DNA from: Cyanobacteriota bacterium
GTDB taxonomy: Bacteria > Cyanobacteriota > Cyanobacteriia > PCC-6307 > Cyanobiaceae
DNA length: 64,000 bases
Direction: 5' to 3'
Assembly: GCA_046052125.1 (NCBI GenBank)
Contig: JBJOMY010000003.1
Location: forward strand, 192,001-256,000
Shown piece by piece: positions 12,113 to 22,759 of this stretch. The notes under the pieces were generated by a model. The model saw nothing but the letters and a program-made list of their open reading frames with translations. It did not search any database and had not been told where the DNA came from. Numbering within the stretch: position 1 is the first letter of the stretch; every line of letters starts with the position of its first letter. The translations under genes were made by a program, and so were the position numbers.

Positions 12113-13177
12113 TCAGGCGGCGGCGAGCTCGAGGCCGCCCTGGGCGGCGCTGAGTTGGGCAGGGCTGAGACCGATGGCCTGGAAACCGTGGCGCAGCGAG
12201 GCTTCACCGATCAGTTCCATGTTGGCCAGCGAGATGTTGTTGCGCCCCCAGCTGAAGTTTGTGTGGATTCCCTCAAATTCCAGCAGCATTGCTTCGGCAA
12301 AGCAAGCGAAAAGCTGGCGCTTGGGGTTTTCCATCTCGGCCACTTCCATCATCTGCCAGCCGATGTCCTGCCAGAACTCCACGATCCCGCCCTTGAGCAC
12401 GTGCACCCCATCGCCGGCCACCTTGGCGTCGAGGTTCTTGGGGTAGCCGCCATCGATCATCAAGCAGGGCTTGCGCAGGCTGTCGTGGTCGATGCTCAGG
12501 GTCTGGGGAAGACTGGCCACCCACACCACCACATCGGCCTGGGGCAGAGCCTCTTCCAGGCTGAGGATCGTGCCGCCGCCCAGGGAGGTTTGCAGATCCT
12601 GGAGGCGCTGTTGCTGACGGGCCACCAGCAGCAGTTCGCCCACGCCGGTTTTCTGGTTCAGCCAGCGGCAGACGGCGCTGCCGATGTCGCCCGTGGCGCC
12701 CACCACGGCCACCTTGGCTCGGCTCAGATCGATGCCGAGCTGGGGGGCGTTGCGCTCCACCTGCTGGCAGATCACCCAGGCGGTGTGGGTGTTGCCGGTG
12801 GTGAACCGCTCCCACTCCAGGGTGGTGTTGCGGATCTGCTGGAACTTCGAGAGGTCGTAGTTCTCGAAAATGATCGAGGTGAAGCCCCCCAGGGCGGTCA
12901 CGTTGATGCCGTTTTTCTGCGCCATTTCCATGGCGTTCTGCACCTTGCGCGTTGCCGTTTTGAAGCGGCTCAGCATCTCCGGCACGAAGCAGGAGTCGAT
13001 GTAGGTTCCTTCGATCGTTTTACCGGTGCGGCTGGTCACCTTGAAGGTTTCCAGCAGCTGAGGCGGTGCGGAGCACCAGGCGATCATGTCGGCTTCAGCC
13101 ATCTCCTCGAGACCCAGCTCTCGGGCCTTCTCCTGGGCCTGGGCGAAGCTGCTGGAGTGACCGATCAGACCGAACAT
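12113..13177 (-). CDS. aar: Long-chain acyl-ACP reductase (alkane synthesis)
   Basis: MFGLIGH start, [37 protein letters not shown]; adjacent to ado. Confidence 0.96.
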   Translation of the reverse strand: MFGLIGHSSSFAQAQEKARELGLEEMAEADMIAWCSAPPQLLETFKVTSRTGKTIEGTYIDSCFVPEMLSRFKTATRKVQNAMEMAQKNGINVTALGGFTSIIFENYDLSKFQQIRNTTLEWERFTTGNTHTAWVICQQVERNAPQLGIDLSRAKVAVVGATGDIGSAVCRWLNQKTGVGELLLVARQQQRLQDLQTSLGGGTILSLEEALPQADVVVWVASLPQTLSIDHDSLRKPCLMIDGGYPKNLDAKVAGDGVHVLKGGIVEFWQDIGWQMMEVAEMENPKRQLFACFAEAMLLEFEGIHTNFSWGRNNISLANMELIGEASLRHGFQAIGLSPAQLSAAQGGLELAAA

Positions 13178-13256
13178 GCGTGGAGTTGCTCCTGGTGACA
13201 CACCGGCCGTGATGTCACCCGATTAAAGGGCAACGCCGGTTTGGGGCTGGAGTGGA

Positions 13257-13970
13257 TCAGCCCACCAGGGCGGCAGCAGCCATGCGCGCGATTTCGCGGG
13301 TGCTGAAGCCGATTTCGGTGAGGGCTTCCTGGTAGGCGATCAGGAAGTCTTCGATCAGGTCTTCCTTATCCATGTGCAGCACGGCGGCGTCGCCGGCCAC
13401 CTGATCGAGCATGCGACGGATCAGGGGCAGGTTGTCGCGGTTGGCCTGCTCCAGCTCCTCACGGCAGCTGTCGAGGTTGGCCTTGAGCCACTCCTGGCCG
13501 TAGTTGAGGTGGGTGTATTCGTCTTTCACCACGCCCTCGGTGATCTTGCGGGCGAAGGGATCGGCAACAGGGATATAGATGTGATATGCCGAGATGGCGA
13601 AGGCTTCGATCAGCAGGGCCTGGATCAGCAGGCAGGTGGGCACCTTGCCGGCGGCCAGGGCGGTGGTGAAGTTGTTGTGCAGAGGAGCGAAGAACTCCTT
13701 GGCGAAAGGCATATCGGCCTGCACGCCGAGGTTGTTGGCACAGGCGGTGAAGCCCTTCATGTGCTTCAGCTCCATCCGGGCCAGCTTGGTGAGCTCTTCG
13801 GCCTGGTCGGGAAGCAGGGTGCCGATGGCAATGTAGTTGTCGTGCGCTTCCTGTTCGCCTTCGATCACGATCGCGTTGATGCGGCTGTAGGCGTCCTTGT
13901 AGGCCTCGGTGGTGAAGTCGGGCAGGTTGGCGGCTGCTGCGCAGAGGTCCGGGGCTTCAAGGGTCGCCAT
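13257..13970 (-). CDS. ado: Aldehyde deformylating oxygenase
   Basis: [19 protein letters not shown], di-iron ELKH and DEYTH motifs; start set at MATLEAP. Confidence 0.96.
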   Translation of the reverse strand: MATLEAPDLCAAAANLPDFTTEAYKDAYSRINAIVIEGEQEAHDNYIAIGTLLPDQAEELTKLARMELKHMKGFTACANNLGVQADMPFAKEFFAPLHNNFTTALAAGKVPTCLLIQALLIEAFAISAYHIYIPVADPFARKITEGVVKDEYTHLNYGQEWLKANLDSCREELEQANRDNLPLIRRMLDQVAGDAAVLHMDKEDLIEDFLIAYQEALTEIGFSTREIARMAAAALVG

Positions 13971-14071
13971 GGCTACCTGGTACACATCGCAATGGAATCG
14001 ACTGTAACCATCTGCAGCGGTTCTAGTTGGGGTTCTGAAAGCTTTTGAGCACCGACTGATGCAGCGCGCCC

Positions 14072-14875
14072 TCACCCCCTTGGCGGCCAGGTGCTGGTGA
14101 GCAGGTTCTCGAGCAGCAGCTGCCAGCCCTGCACCAGTCGCTGCTCGAGCAGCGCCCCCAGCTCGGCGTTGGCGCCGCGGCTGTCGCCCACCACGCCCGT
14201 GCTGGAGAGATCTGCGGTGAGCCAGGCGTTGGGCACGGCGCCTTCGAGGCTCCAACCCGGCGGTGGCGGCTCCGGCAGCGCACCATCCACCGGTCGCTCC
14301 TCCGCCACCAGCTCCGGCGCCAGCTGCAGCATCAGGCTGGTTTCCGCCAGGCCCGCGTGGAGCCCCTGGCTGCGTTCCGGTTCCGGCAACAGTTCGGCCA
14401 CTCCGCTGGGGCCACTCCAGAGGAAGCAGGGCAGCACGGCCATCGCTGGCCGGCTGGCCCGCAGCTGGCGAGCGGCCACCTGCAGGAGTGCGATCTGGCC
14501 GCCGTGGGCGTTGAACAGCACCAAGCGCTCGAACCCCGCGTCCGCCAGCTGGCTGCCGATGCAGGTGATCTGGCTGATCAGCAGCTCCGCCGGCAGGCTC
14601 AGCGTGCCTTTGAAGCTCTGGTGTTCCGGCGAGAAGCCCAGGCTCTGCAGCGGCAGCCGCCAGATGGGCCGTTCCGCCGGCAGCCCCGCCAGCACCTGAT
14701 CGAGCAGTCGCTCTGCAAAGAGGGCGTCGGTGCCGAGCGGCAGCTGCGGCCCGTGCTGTTCGAAGGCGCCGAAGGGCCACACCACGGTGCTGCCGCTTTG
14801 GGCCGCCGCCTGCTGCAGCTGCGGCCACGACAGCTCTTCCAAGCGACGCGTGCCGGATCCGCTGGTTGACGCCAT
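14072..14875 (-). CDS. Creatininase family protein
   Basis: [33 protein letters not shown]. Confidence 0.92.
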   Translation of the reverse strand: MASTSGSGTRRLEELSWPQLQQAAAQSGSTVVWPFGAFEQHGPQLPLGTDALFAERLLDQVLAGLPAERPIWRLPLQSLGFSPEHQSFKGTLSLPAELLISQITCIGSQLADAGFERLVLFNAHGGQIALLQVAARQLRASRPAMAVLPCFLWSGPSGVAELLPEPERSQGLHAGLAETSLMLQLAPELVAEERPVDGALPEPPPPGWSLEGAVPNAWLTADLSSTGVVGDSRGANAELGALLEQRLVQGWQLLLENLLTSTWPPRG

Positions 14876-14935
14876 GGGCGGAGAAAGCAGAGAGGGGCCT
14901 GCCTACAGTGTGGAGCTGTGTGTTTGTGCTTGTTC

Positions 14936-16294
14936 ATGGCCGGTACCGGCAACCAGCAGCCCTCCCAGCCTTCGGCCAAGCAAGCCCAGTCGCCGCGCCC
15001 TGTTCCGCCGGCGTCCCCGCGTCCTCCGGCGGGAGCTGCGCCGGTGCGCAAGCCGCCTCAGGTGCTGCAGATCAATAAAAAGGAAGAGCAGCTGAAGCTC
15101 GAGCGTGAAGCCGCTGAAGCGCGCGCCGCCGCCGAAGCCGCCGCCCAGCGGGCCAACGAGCTCGAGAACGCCGTGCGCGCCTCCCGTGGTGAAGCGCCCG
15201 TGGCTCCCCAGCGCCCCGCTGCTCCCACCGCCCCTGCTCGTCCCGCCACGGGCGACGACGACCTGTTCGACATGAGCGGCTTTGAGGGCCTCTCGATGGC
15301 CGATCTGCTCGGACCAGATGACAAGGGCAAGCGCCGATCCGGCGGTTCGCGCATGGCGCCCCCTCAGCCCGAGCGCGCCGCTGCTGTGCCGGCCCGCACG
15401 GTGGACGACTTTGATTTCGACGCTGATGCCTTCCTCGCTGCTCTTGATGAGCAGGAGTTTGTGGGCACCACCGGCGAGGTGGCCATCGGCACGGTGGTGG
15501 GCCTCGAGAGCGATGGCGTGTATGTGGATATCGGTGGCAAGGCTCCGGGCTTCATGCCCAAGAAGGAGGCTGGCCTGGGGGTGATCACCAACCTCAAGGA
15601 GCGCTTCCCCCGCGGCACCCAGGTGGAAGTGCTCGTGACCCGCGAGCAGAACGCCGACGGCATGGTGACCGTGAGCGCCCGCGCCCTGGCCCTGCGCCAA
15701 AGCTGGGAGAAGGTGCGCCTGCTCGAGAAGGAGGGCAAGGTGCTGCAGGTGAAGGTGAACGGCTTCAACCGCGGCGGTGTGACCGCCGATGTGGAGGGCC
15801 TGCGCGGCTTCATCCCCCGCTCCCAGCTGCAGGAGGGTGAGAACCACGAAGCGTTGGTGGGCAAAACTCTCGGCGTCGCCTTCCTGGAGGTGAACCCCGA
15901 AACCCGCAAGTTGGTGCTCTCCGAGAAGAAAGCGGCCACCGCCGCCATCTTCCAGAACCTGGAGGTGGGTCAGCTGGTGGAAGGCCAGGTGGTGTCGATC
16001 AAGCCCTACGGCCTGTTCGTGGATCTCGGCGGCATCAGTGGCCTGCTGCACCAATCGGTGATCACCGGCGGCCAGATGCGCGACATGCGCGAGGTGTTCG
16101 GCCAGGGCGATCGCGTGAAGGCCCTGATCACCGAGCTCGATCCCGGCCGCGGCCGCATCGCTCTGAACACCGCCCTGCTGGAGGGTCAGCCCGGTGAGCT
16201 GCTGATCGATCGCGACAAGGTGATGGCCGAAGCCGCCGATCGGGCCAACCGTGCTCGTAGCGTGCTGCGCCAGCAGGAACAGAGCGCCGGATGA
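14936..16294 (+). CDS. rps1: 30S ribosomal protein S1 homologue (S1 RNA-binding, rps1b-type)
   Basis: Three S1 domains (YVDIGGK, LRGFIPRSQL, FVDLGGISGLLH) after a Pro/Ala-rich N-terminus. Confidence 0.9.
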   Translation: MAGTGNQQPSQPSAKQAQSPRPVPPASPRPPAGAAPVRKPPQVLQINKKEEQLKLEREAAEARAAAEAAAQRANELENAVRASRGEAPVAPQRPAAPTAPARPATGDDDLFDMSGFEGLSMADLLGPDDKGKRRSGGSRMAPPQPERAAAVPARTVDDFDFDADAFLAALDEQEFVGTTGEVAIGTVVGLESDGVYVDIGGKAPGFMPKKEAGLGVITNLKERFPRGTQVEVLVTREQNADGMVTVSARALALRQSWEKVRLLEKEGKVLQVKVNGFNRGGVTADVEGLRGFIPRSQLQEGENHEALVGKTLGVAFLEVNPETRKLVLSEKKAATAAIFQNLEVGQLVEGQVVSIKPYGLFVDLGGISGLLHQSVITGGQMRDMREVFGQGDRVKALITELDPGRGRIALNTALLEGQPGELLIDRDKVMAEAADRANRARSVLRQQEQSAG

Positions 16295-17220
16295 GTCAGG
16301 CCACCGAGGAAGCGCGTCCGAACACCGGGCGCGTGCCCTCTCCTTCCCCGGATCTCCTGCAGGCCGATTGGGAACTCGACTACTACTCCCGGCCGATCCT
16401 TGAGCCCGATGGCAAGAAGCGCTGGGAGTTGCTGATCTGCAGCACCCCGGTTCCCGGATCGGATCGTTCGGGCTTCCGCTTCCTGCTGCAGTGCCCGGCT
16501 TCCAGCGTGAATTCCCAGTGGCTACGACAGTCGCTGGAGCAAGCGATCGAACAGGCGGCGGCTGAAGGTTTTGCGGCGCCCCGCAAGCTGCGCTGCTGGC
16601 GGGCCTCGATGCGCACGATGGTGCAGCGCGCTGCCGAGGGGCTTGGCCTGGAGTTGATCCCCAGCCGCCGCTGCTACGCCCTGGTGGAGTGGCTGCAGGA
16701 GCGTCAGCTCACGGTGTATCCAGCCGAAGAGGGCTACATGGCCGGCCCGCTGGCCCCGGCTCCTCTGCCGATTCAGCCCGTGGCCGTGCCCCTGCCGGAG
16801 GCCGCCCGCGGCGATAGCTGGAGCTGGGCCTCGCTGCCGCTGGGTGCCTTGCGCGAAGCGGCCGAGTGGGACGTGAGCTTTGCCGGCCTGGTGCCGCTGG
16901 ATCAAGTCGGTTCGGATGAGGCGATGGTGAGCGGGTTGCGCTTGTTCAGCAGCACCCGCTCCCTGGCGATTGCCGGCTGGCTGGCTGGGCTTGAGCCGGT
17001 GCGCCTGGAGGTGAGTGGACAACAGCTGGTGCTGGAGGCCGGCCTGGAGGATCGTTGGCTCCTGGGCAACCTGGAGGCTGAAGAGGCCGAAGCCGCGGCC
17101 CAGGCGTTCCGAGCCGCCCGCGAGCAGGTGGCTGGTGTGCAGTTCCTGGCGGTGCAGAGCAGCGAAAACCAGAACGGTTTCGATGGCTTCTGGGTGCTGC
17201 GCGATCTCCCGGATGCCTAG
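16291..17220 (+). CDS. Tab2/Atab2 family RNA-binding protein (DUF1092)
   Basis: WELDYYSRP..KKRWELLIC, VNSQWL, C-terminal GFWVLRD. Confidence 0.9.
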   Translation: MSQATEEARPNTGRVPSPSPDLLQADWELDYYSRPILEPDGKKRWELLICSTPVPGSDRSGFRFLLQCPASSVNSQWLRQSLEQAIEQAAAEGFAAPRKLRCWRASMRTMVQRAAEGLGLELIPSRRCYALVEWLQERQLTVYPAEEGYMAGPLAPAPLPIQPVAVPLPEAARGDSWSWASLPLGALREAAEWDVSFAGLVPLDQVGSDEAMVSGLRLFSSTRSLAIAGWLAGLEPVRLEVSGQQLVLEAGLEDRWLLGNLEAEEAEAAAQAFRAAREQVAGVQFLAVQSSENQNGFDGFWVLRDLPDA

Positions 17221-17231
17221 GCCGCTTCGCC

Positions 17232-18047
17232 ATGGCTGAAGCCGTTGATCCCCCGTTCGATCGGCAGGATGCCCAGTTCAACTTGCTGGAGGGGTGGACC
17301 TGGGTGGGCTGCTACGGCGGTTACTACCTCCAGGCCGATCTGCTCGAGCGGTTTGAGCACGGCTTCTTCACCCGCCAGTGGCAGGGGCGAGTTCCGGAGG
17401 TGCTGGCGGGCTATGTGAGTGGTGGCGTGAGCGTGCACCGCCCGAAGCAGGTGCACAGCGCCCTGGTGCTGCCAGCCAGTGCCGCCAGCGCTGAGCCTTG
17501 GCCGGAGGCCGATGGGTTGGTGAGTGATGCCGGCGGCCAGAGCCTGTGGGTGTGCGGCGCTGATTGCACGCCGGTGCTGATCGCCGATCCCGCGAGCGGC
17601 CGGGTGGCGGCTTGCCATGCGGGCTGGCGCGGCGTGGCGGGGGGGATCTTGCTGGAGGCGATCCAGCAATTGGAAGCCGCTGGCTGCCGACGGCAGGAGC
17701 TGCTGGTGGCCCTAGGCCCTGCCGTGAGCGGTGCCAACTACCAAGTGGAGCGCAGCGTGGCCGAGCAGCTGGCCGCTTCCCTGCCGGAGCAAGCCGATCA
17801 GGCCGCCGCTTGGCGTGAGCTGGAGGCCTGCGGGGCGCTGAGCCCCGATCCCGAACCCGGCCGCTGCCGCCTCGACATTCGCGCCGCCACCCGCCGGCAG
17901 CTGGAGCTCGCCGGGGTGCCGGCAGAGCAGATCACCGTGTGCCCGCTCTGCACCGTGAACGAAGAGCTGCTGTTCCATTCCTGGCGGCGCGATCAGGTGA
18001 AAGCCGTGCAGTGGAGCGGCATCGTTTCGCAACAGTTGCCGGAGTAG
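17232..18047 (+). CDS. pgeF: YfiH/PgeF family purine nucleoside phosphorylase (peptidoglycan editing factor)
   Basis: QVH, ADG, ADCTPVL, HAGWRG, LGPA, CT..FHSWRRD. Confidence 0.92.
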   Translation: MAEAVDPPFDRQDAQFNLLEGWTWVGCYGGYYLQADLLERFEHGFFTRQWQGRVPEVLAGYVSGGVSVHRPKQVHSALVLPASAASAEPWPEADGLVSDAGGQSLWVCGADCTPVLIADPASGRVAACHAGWRGVAGGILLEAIQQLEAAGCRRQELLVALGPAVSGANYQVERSVAEQLAASLPEQADQAAAWRELEACGALSPDPEPGRCRLDIRAATRRQLELAGVPAEQITVCPLCTVNEELLFHSWRRDQVKAVQWSGIVSQQLPE

Positions 18048-18053
18048 GAACGC

Positions 18054-19790
18054 TCAAGCAAGCTCGATGCCCAGATCCAGGCTCAGCTGGCCTGGGCTCG
18101 GTTCCCGCCGGCGTGCGCTGCGGGCTCGGGGTTGTTGGTTGGCTTGTTTGGAAGCGCTGCCGCCGCGGTTGTTGTTGCTGCCGCTGAACCAGCTCATCAG
18201 GGCGCGCCAGCCCCCCGGATCGAGCCGCTCCAGATCCACGGCGCTGGGCTGCAGTTCGGCTGGTGAGCGGCTGGCCCACACATTCGCCCAGGCCACATCC
18301 GCCTGGGCGATGCGCTGGTAGCCGAAGGGGTGCAGATGGCTCGGCAAGCGCGCCATCACGGCTTTCACATCACCGATCTGGAGCCGTTGCTGCTCCAGCA
18401 ACTCCAACCGCCTCTTGCGAGCGCTTTCGTAATCGAGCACCGGTGCCGGGTAGTCGGCCATGGCCGGCGGTGCCCCCAGCTGGTCGTTGGTGAGGCCCCG
18501 CAGCTCCGGTAGCCAGCGCCGAATGAACAACCCCTGCGGATCGCAGCGATCCACCGCCACCTGGCCGGGGTGGTAGATCCGTGTCCAGGCCTTGGATCCG
18601 TGGTAAGTCACGCCGGCCTGCATCGCCCATTGGTAGTGATCGATCGGGCAGTCGCCATCGATCAGGTGGCGCATGTAGTGCAGCGCTCCGAAGCGCCAGT
18701 CGATGCCGCAGAGGTTGCTCAGAAAGCTGGCGTAGATCGCTCGGCTGCGGAAGTTGAGCTCCAGCCAGCCGCCTTCCGCCTGAAGGCAGCGGGCCGCCGC
18801 ATCCACGATCGGGAACCCGGTGCGCCCCGCGCTCCAGGCGGCATAGAGCTCCTCCTGTTCGTCGCTGAGGCTGGCGGCGTTGCCGTTGGGATCATCAAAG
18901 CTGTTCCACAGGGCGCTGAGTTCGAGCTGCGGCAGGTAGCGGAAGCGCTGATGGATGGCACAGCCCCAGCGCAGACGGCTGGCCAGCTGCAGCGCGCTGC
19001 GGCTGCGCGGTTCGCGGCCACGGCCTTGGCCGGCCTGGGGCAGGAGCCATGCCAGCCGTTGCAGGCACTGGCGCGGGCTGATCACCCCGAATTTCAAATA
19101 GGGGCTCAGTCCGGTGGTGACGCGGGCTGAGGGATAACTGAGCTCCCAGTAGTAGGTGCGTGAAGCGGCTCCTTCGCAGAACTGCTCGAGGCGTTCGAGG
19201 GCCGCGGCGCTGCCCCCTGGTGGGATCGGTTTGCTGTCGGCTTGAAGGCCGAGATCCTCCAGGCTGGGCACCGGCAGATCCGGCAGGGCGCTGGAGGCTG
19301 GCGGCACCACGACGCGATCGGGGGCCGGCAGGGCGGGGCTGGCCATGGTCTGATGCCACTGGCGGCTCCAGGCGCTGTAGGTCAGCAGCTCACCGGTGGC
19401 CCCGGCCGGTTCCACCCAGCGCAGGGGAACGCCGGCCGCGGCCAAGGCCTTGCTCACCCGGGCATCGCGCACCCGGCCCACTAGCCGCTCACTGTCGGTG
19501 TGGGCGATCACGCTATCGGCGCCGCTGGCGCGCACCAGCTTCAGTAACTCCTGGGCCGGTTCGCCGTAGCGAATCAGCAGGCGACCACCCCGCTGGCGGA
19601 GGTCGCGATCCAGCGCTTTGAGGCTCGCGAGCATGAAGGCCACCCGCGCCACGGCTGTTTCCGGGTGAAACAGCAGATCGCGATCCAACACAAACACCGG
19701 CAGCACAGCTCCACGCCGGCTGGCTTCGCTGAGGGCCGCGTGGTCGGCGAGGCGTAGATCGCGCCTGAACCAAACCACCGTGCACGCCAT
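18054..19790 (-). CDS. Cryptochrome/DNA photolyase family flavoprotein
   Basis: VWFRRDLRLADH, TTGLSPYLKFG, GRTGFPIVDA, IDWRFG, FIRRWLPEL. Confidence 0.92.
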   Translation of the reverse strand: MACTVVWFRRDLRLADHAALSEASRRGAVLPVFVLDRDLLFHPETAVARVAFMLASLKALDRDLRQRGGRLLIRYGEPAQELLKLVRASGADSVIAHTDSERLVGRVRDARVSKALAAAGVPLRWVEPAGATGELLTYSAWSRQWHQTMASPALPAPDRVVVPPASSALPDLPVPSLEDLGLQADSKPIPPGGSAAALERLEQFCEGAASRTYYWELSYPSARVTTGLSPYLKFGVISPRQCLQRLAWLLPQAGQGRGREPRSRSALQLASRLRWGCAIHQRFRYLPQLELSALWNSFDDPNGNAASLSDEQEELYAAWSAGRTGFPIVDAAARCLQAEGGWLELNFRSRAIYASFLSNLCGIDWRFGALHYMRHLIDGDCPIDHYQWAMQAGVTYHGSKAWTRIYHPGQVAVDRCDPQGLFIRRWLPELRGLTNDQLGAPPAMADYPAPVLDYESARKRRLELLEQQRLQIGDVKAVMARLPSHLHPFGYQRIAQADVAWANVWASRSPAELQPSAVDLERLDPGGWRALMSWFSGSNNNRGGSASKQANQQPRARSARRREPSPGQLSLDLGIELA

Positions 19791-19884
19791 GGTGCTGTTC
19801 TGCGTTGGTCAGATGGGCGTTCAGTCTCGTTGCTTCGCTTCCGTTACGGTGCGATAATGCGTTTGTTGCATAACTGACAAACAG

Positions 19885-20250
19885 ATGCTCACAGGAGCAG
19901 ACCTACTCACCAAGGTCAAAGAGCTTGGTGATGCCAGCAAGTCCGACATCGTTCGTGCTTGCGGCTATGTGTCCACGAAGAAGGACGGCTCTGAGCGTCT
20001 CAACTTCACCGCGTTCTACGAAGCTCTTCTCAACGCCAAAGGCGTGGAGTTTGGTGGTGCCACCGGCAAGGTGGGTAAAGGCGGCCGCAAACTCAGCTTC
20101 ACCACCAAGGTGCAGTTCAACGGCAACTTGATGGTGGGCAAGGCCTACACCGCTCTGCTCGACCTCAAACCCGGCGACGAGTTTGAAATCAAGCTGGGTC
20201 GCAAGCAGATTCGTTTGGCACCGCTGGGTGCTGCTGACGAAGAAGAGTGA
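19885..20250 (+). CDS. cyAbrB (AbrB-like) transcriptional regulator
   Basis: LTGADLL.KVKEL, ACGY, FYEALL.AKG, NGNLMVGKAYT..L..GDEF.IKLG. Confidence 0.92.
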   Translation: MLTGADLLTKVKELGDASKSDIVRACGYVSTKKDGSERLNFTAFYEALLNAKGVEFGGATGKVGKGGRKLSFTTKVQFNGNLMVGKAYTALLDLKPGDEFEIKLGRKQIRLAPLGAADEEE

Positions 20251-21871
20251 GCGCAACGGCTTCCGCGACGCGGATGCCATCAATCGCTGCCGAGAGGATG
20301 CCGCCCGCGAAGCCGGCTCCCTCTCCGGCCGGGTAGAGCCCGGGGGTATTCACACTCTCCAGCCGTTCATCCCGTGGTAGCCGCAGGGGTGAGGAGGTGC
20401 GTGTTTCCACGCCGGTGAGCATGGCGTCGTCCATGGCATAGCCCTGGATCTTGCTGTTGAACTGCGGCAGCGCTTCTTTCAGGGCTTCGATGGCGTAGTC
20501 CGGAAGGGCAGAACTGAGGTCGGTGAGGGTCACGCCCGGTGCATAGGAAGGGGTGACGCTGCCGGTGCTACTGCTGCTACGGCCCGCCAGAAAATCTCCA
20601 AGGCGTTGGCCTGGTGCGGCGAAGCTTTCGCCCCCCAGCTGATACGCGCGGCTCTCCCAATGGCGTTGAAAGGCCACCCCTGCCAGCGGATCGCCTGGGT
20701 AGGCGCCAAAGGGCTCCACATCGCTGGGTTCGATATTCACCACGATGCCGCTGTTGGCGTTGCGCTCATTGCGTGAGTGCTGGCTCATGCCGTTGGTCAC
20801 CACCCGCCCTGGTTCTGAGGTGGCCCCCACCACCAGCCCGCCCGGGCACATGCAGAAGCTGTAGACGCAGCGGCCATTGCTGGCGTGATGCACCAGCTTG
20901 TATTCGGCGGCCCCCAGCTGGGGATGGCCGGCGCAGCTGCCCCAGCGGGCGGCATCGATCAGCGGTTGCGGGTGCTCGATCCGGAACCCCACCGAGAAGG
21001 GTTTGCGCTCCATCGCCACCCCCTGCTCCTGGAGCATTGCGAAGCTGTCGCGGGCGCTGTGCCCCACCGCCATCACCACTTGCTGCGCGGCGATGAAGCT
21101 GCCATCGGCCAGGGTCACGCCCCGCACGCTGTGATCGCTGGGATTGAGCTCAAGGCGATCCACCCGGCTCTGGAAGCGGATCTCGCCCCCCAGCGCTCGG
21201 ATCTGGGCCCGCAGACCCCGCACCACCGTGGCCAGCTTGAAGGTGCCGATGTGAGGGCGATGCAACACCAGGATTTCGGCGTTGGCGCCGGCGGCCACCA
21301 GCTCCTCCAGCACCTTGCGGCCCAGGTGGCGCGGATCGCGCACCTGGCTGTAGAGCTTGCCGTCGGAGAAGGTGCCGGCTCCGCCTTCGCCGAACTGGGC
21401 GTTGGATTCGGGGTTGAACGGTTGCTTGCCCTGCCAGAAGCCGAAGGTGTCGGCGCTGCGCTCCTTCACGGCTTTGCCCCGCTCCAGCAGCAGTGGCCGT
21501 AGCCCCATCTGCGCCAGCAGCAGGGCGCAGAAATAGCCGCAGGGCCCGGCTCCCACCACCACGGGCCGCGGCAGTTGCGCGTTGGCGGGGGCCTGCGCCA
21601 CCAGTTGGTAGGTGGTGTCGGGGGCTGGTTGGAGATGGGGATCCTTGGCGAAGCGTTTCAGCAGCCGGCTCTCCAGGCCAGGCTCCACACCGAACTCCAG
21701 GCTGTAGGCCAGCTGGATGTTGCTTTTGCGCCGGGCATCCACGCTGCGCTTCACCACCCTGGGGGGCTCTTGCAGCTGCTCGGGCTGCAGCTTCAGGCGG
21801 CGGCAGAGGGCTTCGCTGAGGGCCTCGGGCTCGTGGTCGAGGGGCAGCTTCAGTTCATTGAGCCGCAGCAT
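20189..21871 (-). CDS. NAD(P)/FAD-dependent oxidoreductase
   Basis: VVGAGPCG, QFGEGGAGTFSDGKL, SFCMCPGG, GVETRTSSP, GEGAG; start set at MLRLNE. Confidence 0.92.
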   Translation of the reverse strand: MLRLNELKLPLDHEPEALSEALCRRLKLQPEQLQEPPRVVKRSVDARRKSNIQLAYSLEFGVEPGLESRLLKRFAKDPHLQPAPDTTYQLVAQAPANAQLPRPVVVGAGPCGYFCALLLAQMGLRPLLLERGKAVKERSADTFGFWQGKQPFNPESNAQFGEGGAGTFSDGKLYSQVRDPRHLGRKVLEELVAAGANAEILVLHRPHIGTFKLATVVRGLRAQIRALGGEIRFQSRVDRLELNPSDHSVRGVTLADGSFIAAQQVVMAVGHSARDSFAMLQEQGVAMERKPFSVGFRIEHPQPLIDAARWGSCAGHPQLGAAEYKLVHHASNGRCVYSFCMCPGGLVVGATSEPGRVVTNGMSQHSRNERNANSGIVVNIEPSDVEPFGAYPGDPLAGVAFQRHWESRAYQLGGESFAAPGQRLGDFLAGRSSSSTGSVTPSYAPGVTLTDLSSALPDYAIEALKEALPQFNSKIQGYAMDDAMLTGVETRTSSPLRLPRDERLESVNTPGLYPAGEGAGFAGGILSAAIDGIRVAEAVALTLLRQQHPAVPNESACDPA

Positions 21872-21953
21872 CCGCTGATCCCCTGGCCACTCCTGCATTC
21901 CAGCACCCGCGCTGCAGCGCTCCTTAGGGTCGGATCCCTTGCTTGGGCCAGCG

Positions 21954-22682
21954 ATGCACGCCACCTATTTCGGGGCCAATGGCTGGCTGCTCGAGTTCGG
22001 CAGCCTGCGGGTGCTGGTGGATCCCTGGCTCAGTGGTGCGCTGCGCTTTCCGCCGGGGGCCTGGTTTTTTGAGGGGCAGCTGCCCGAGAGCCAGCCGGTG
22101 CCGTCCGATCTGGATCTGCTGCTGCTCACCCAGGGGTTGGATGACCATGCCCACCCCGACACCTTGAAGCTGCTGCCGCCGGCGTTGCCGGTGGTGGGTT
22201 CGCCCACCGCCGCCGCCAAGGCCCGCCAGCTGGGCTTCCAAACGGTGACGGCTCTCGCACCTGGCGAACACGTTCAGCACGGCGAGCTATCGATCACCGC
22301 CACGGCGGGGGCGCCGGTGCCCCAGGTGGAGAACGGCTACCTGCTGCAGCATCCCGCCGGCTCCCTCTACCTCGAACCCCATGGCTACCTGCCGGCTGAT
22401 CTGCCCGCGCAGCCGCTGGATGCGGTGATCACGCCGGTGGTGGATCTGGGCTTGCCGGTGGCGGGGGCCTTCGTGCGGGGGCAAACCGTGTTGCCCCAGT
22501 TGCTGGAGCGCTTCAGCCCGCGCACGGTGCTGGCCAGCACCGCTGGAGGCGACGTGCAGTTCAGCGGCCTGCTCACGCGCCTGCTCTGGATGAAGGGCAG
22601 TTGCGCCGAAGCGGCTGAAGCGATGCCGGCGGGCAGTCGCTTGATCGATCCGCAAGTGGGTCTGCGCTACAGCCTGGGCTGA
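21954..22682 (+). CDS. MBL-fold metallo-hydrolase
   Basis: ANGWLL, LVDPWL, TQGLDDHAH, ENGY, YLEPHG. Confidence 0.88.
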   Translation: MHATYFGANGWLLEFGSLRVLVDPWLSGALRFPPGAWFFEGQLPESQPVPSDLDLLLLTQGLDDHAHPDTLKLLPPALPVVGSPTAAAKARQLGFQTVTALAPGEHVQHGELSITATAGAPVPQVENGYLLQHPAGSLYLEPHGYLPADLPAQPLDAVITPVVDLGLPVAGAFVRGQTVLPQLLERFSPRTVLASTAGGDVQFSGLLTRLLWMKGSCAEAAEAMPAGSRLIDPQVGLRYSLG

Positions 22683-22759
22683 GGCTGCTGCCGCAGAGCT
22701 GCTGCATCGGCCAGGTTGGCCCTGAGTGCTCCATACGGTTGCCGGTAGTTCTATAGCCC

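Noticed and set aside
13257..14828. 523-aa ORF suggesting an ADO fusion protein
   Set aside because: The N-terminal extension is an off-frame shadow of the creatininase gene; ADO homology begins at MATLEAP (13970).
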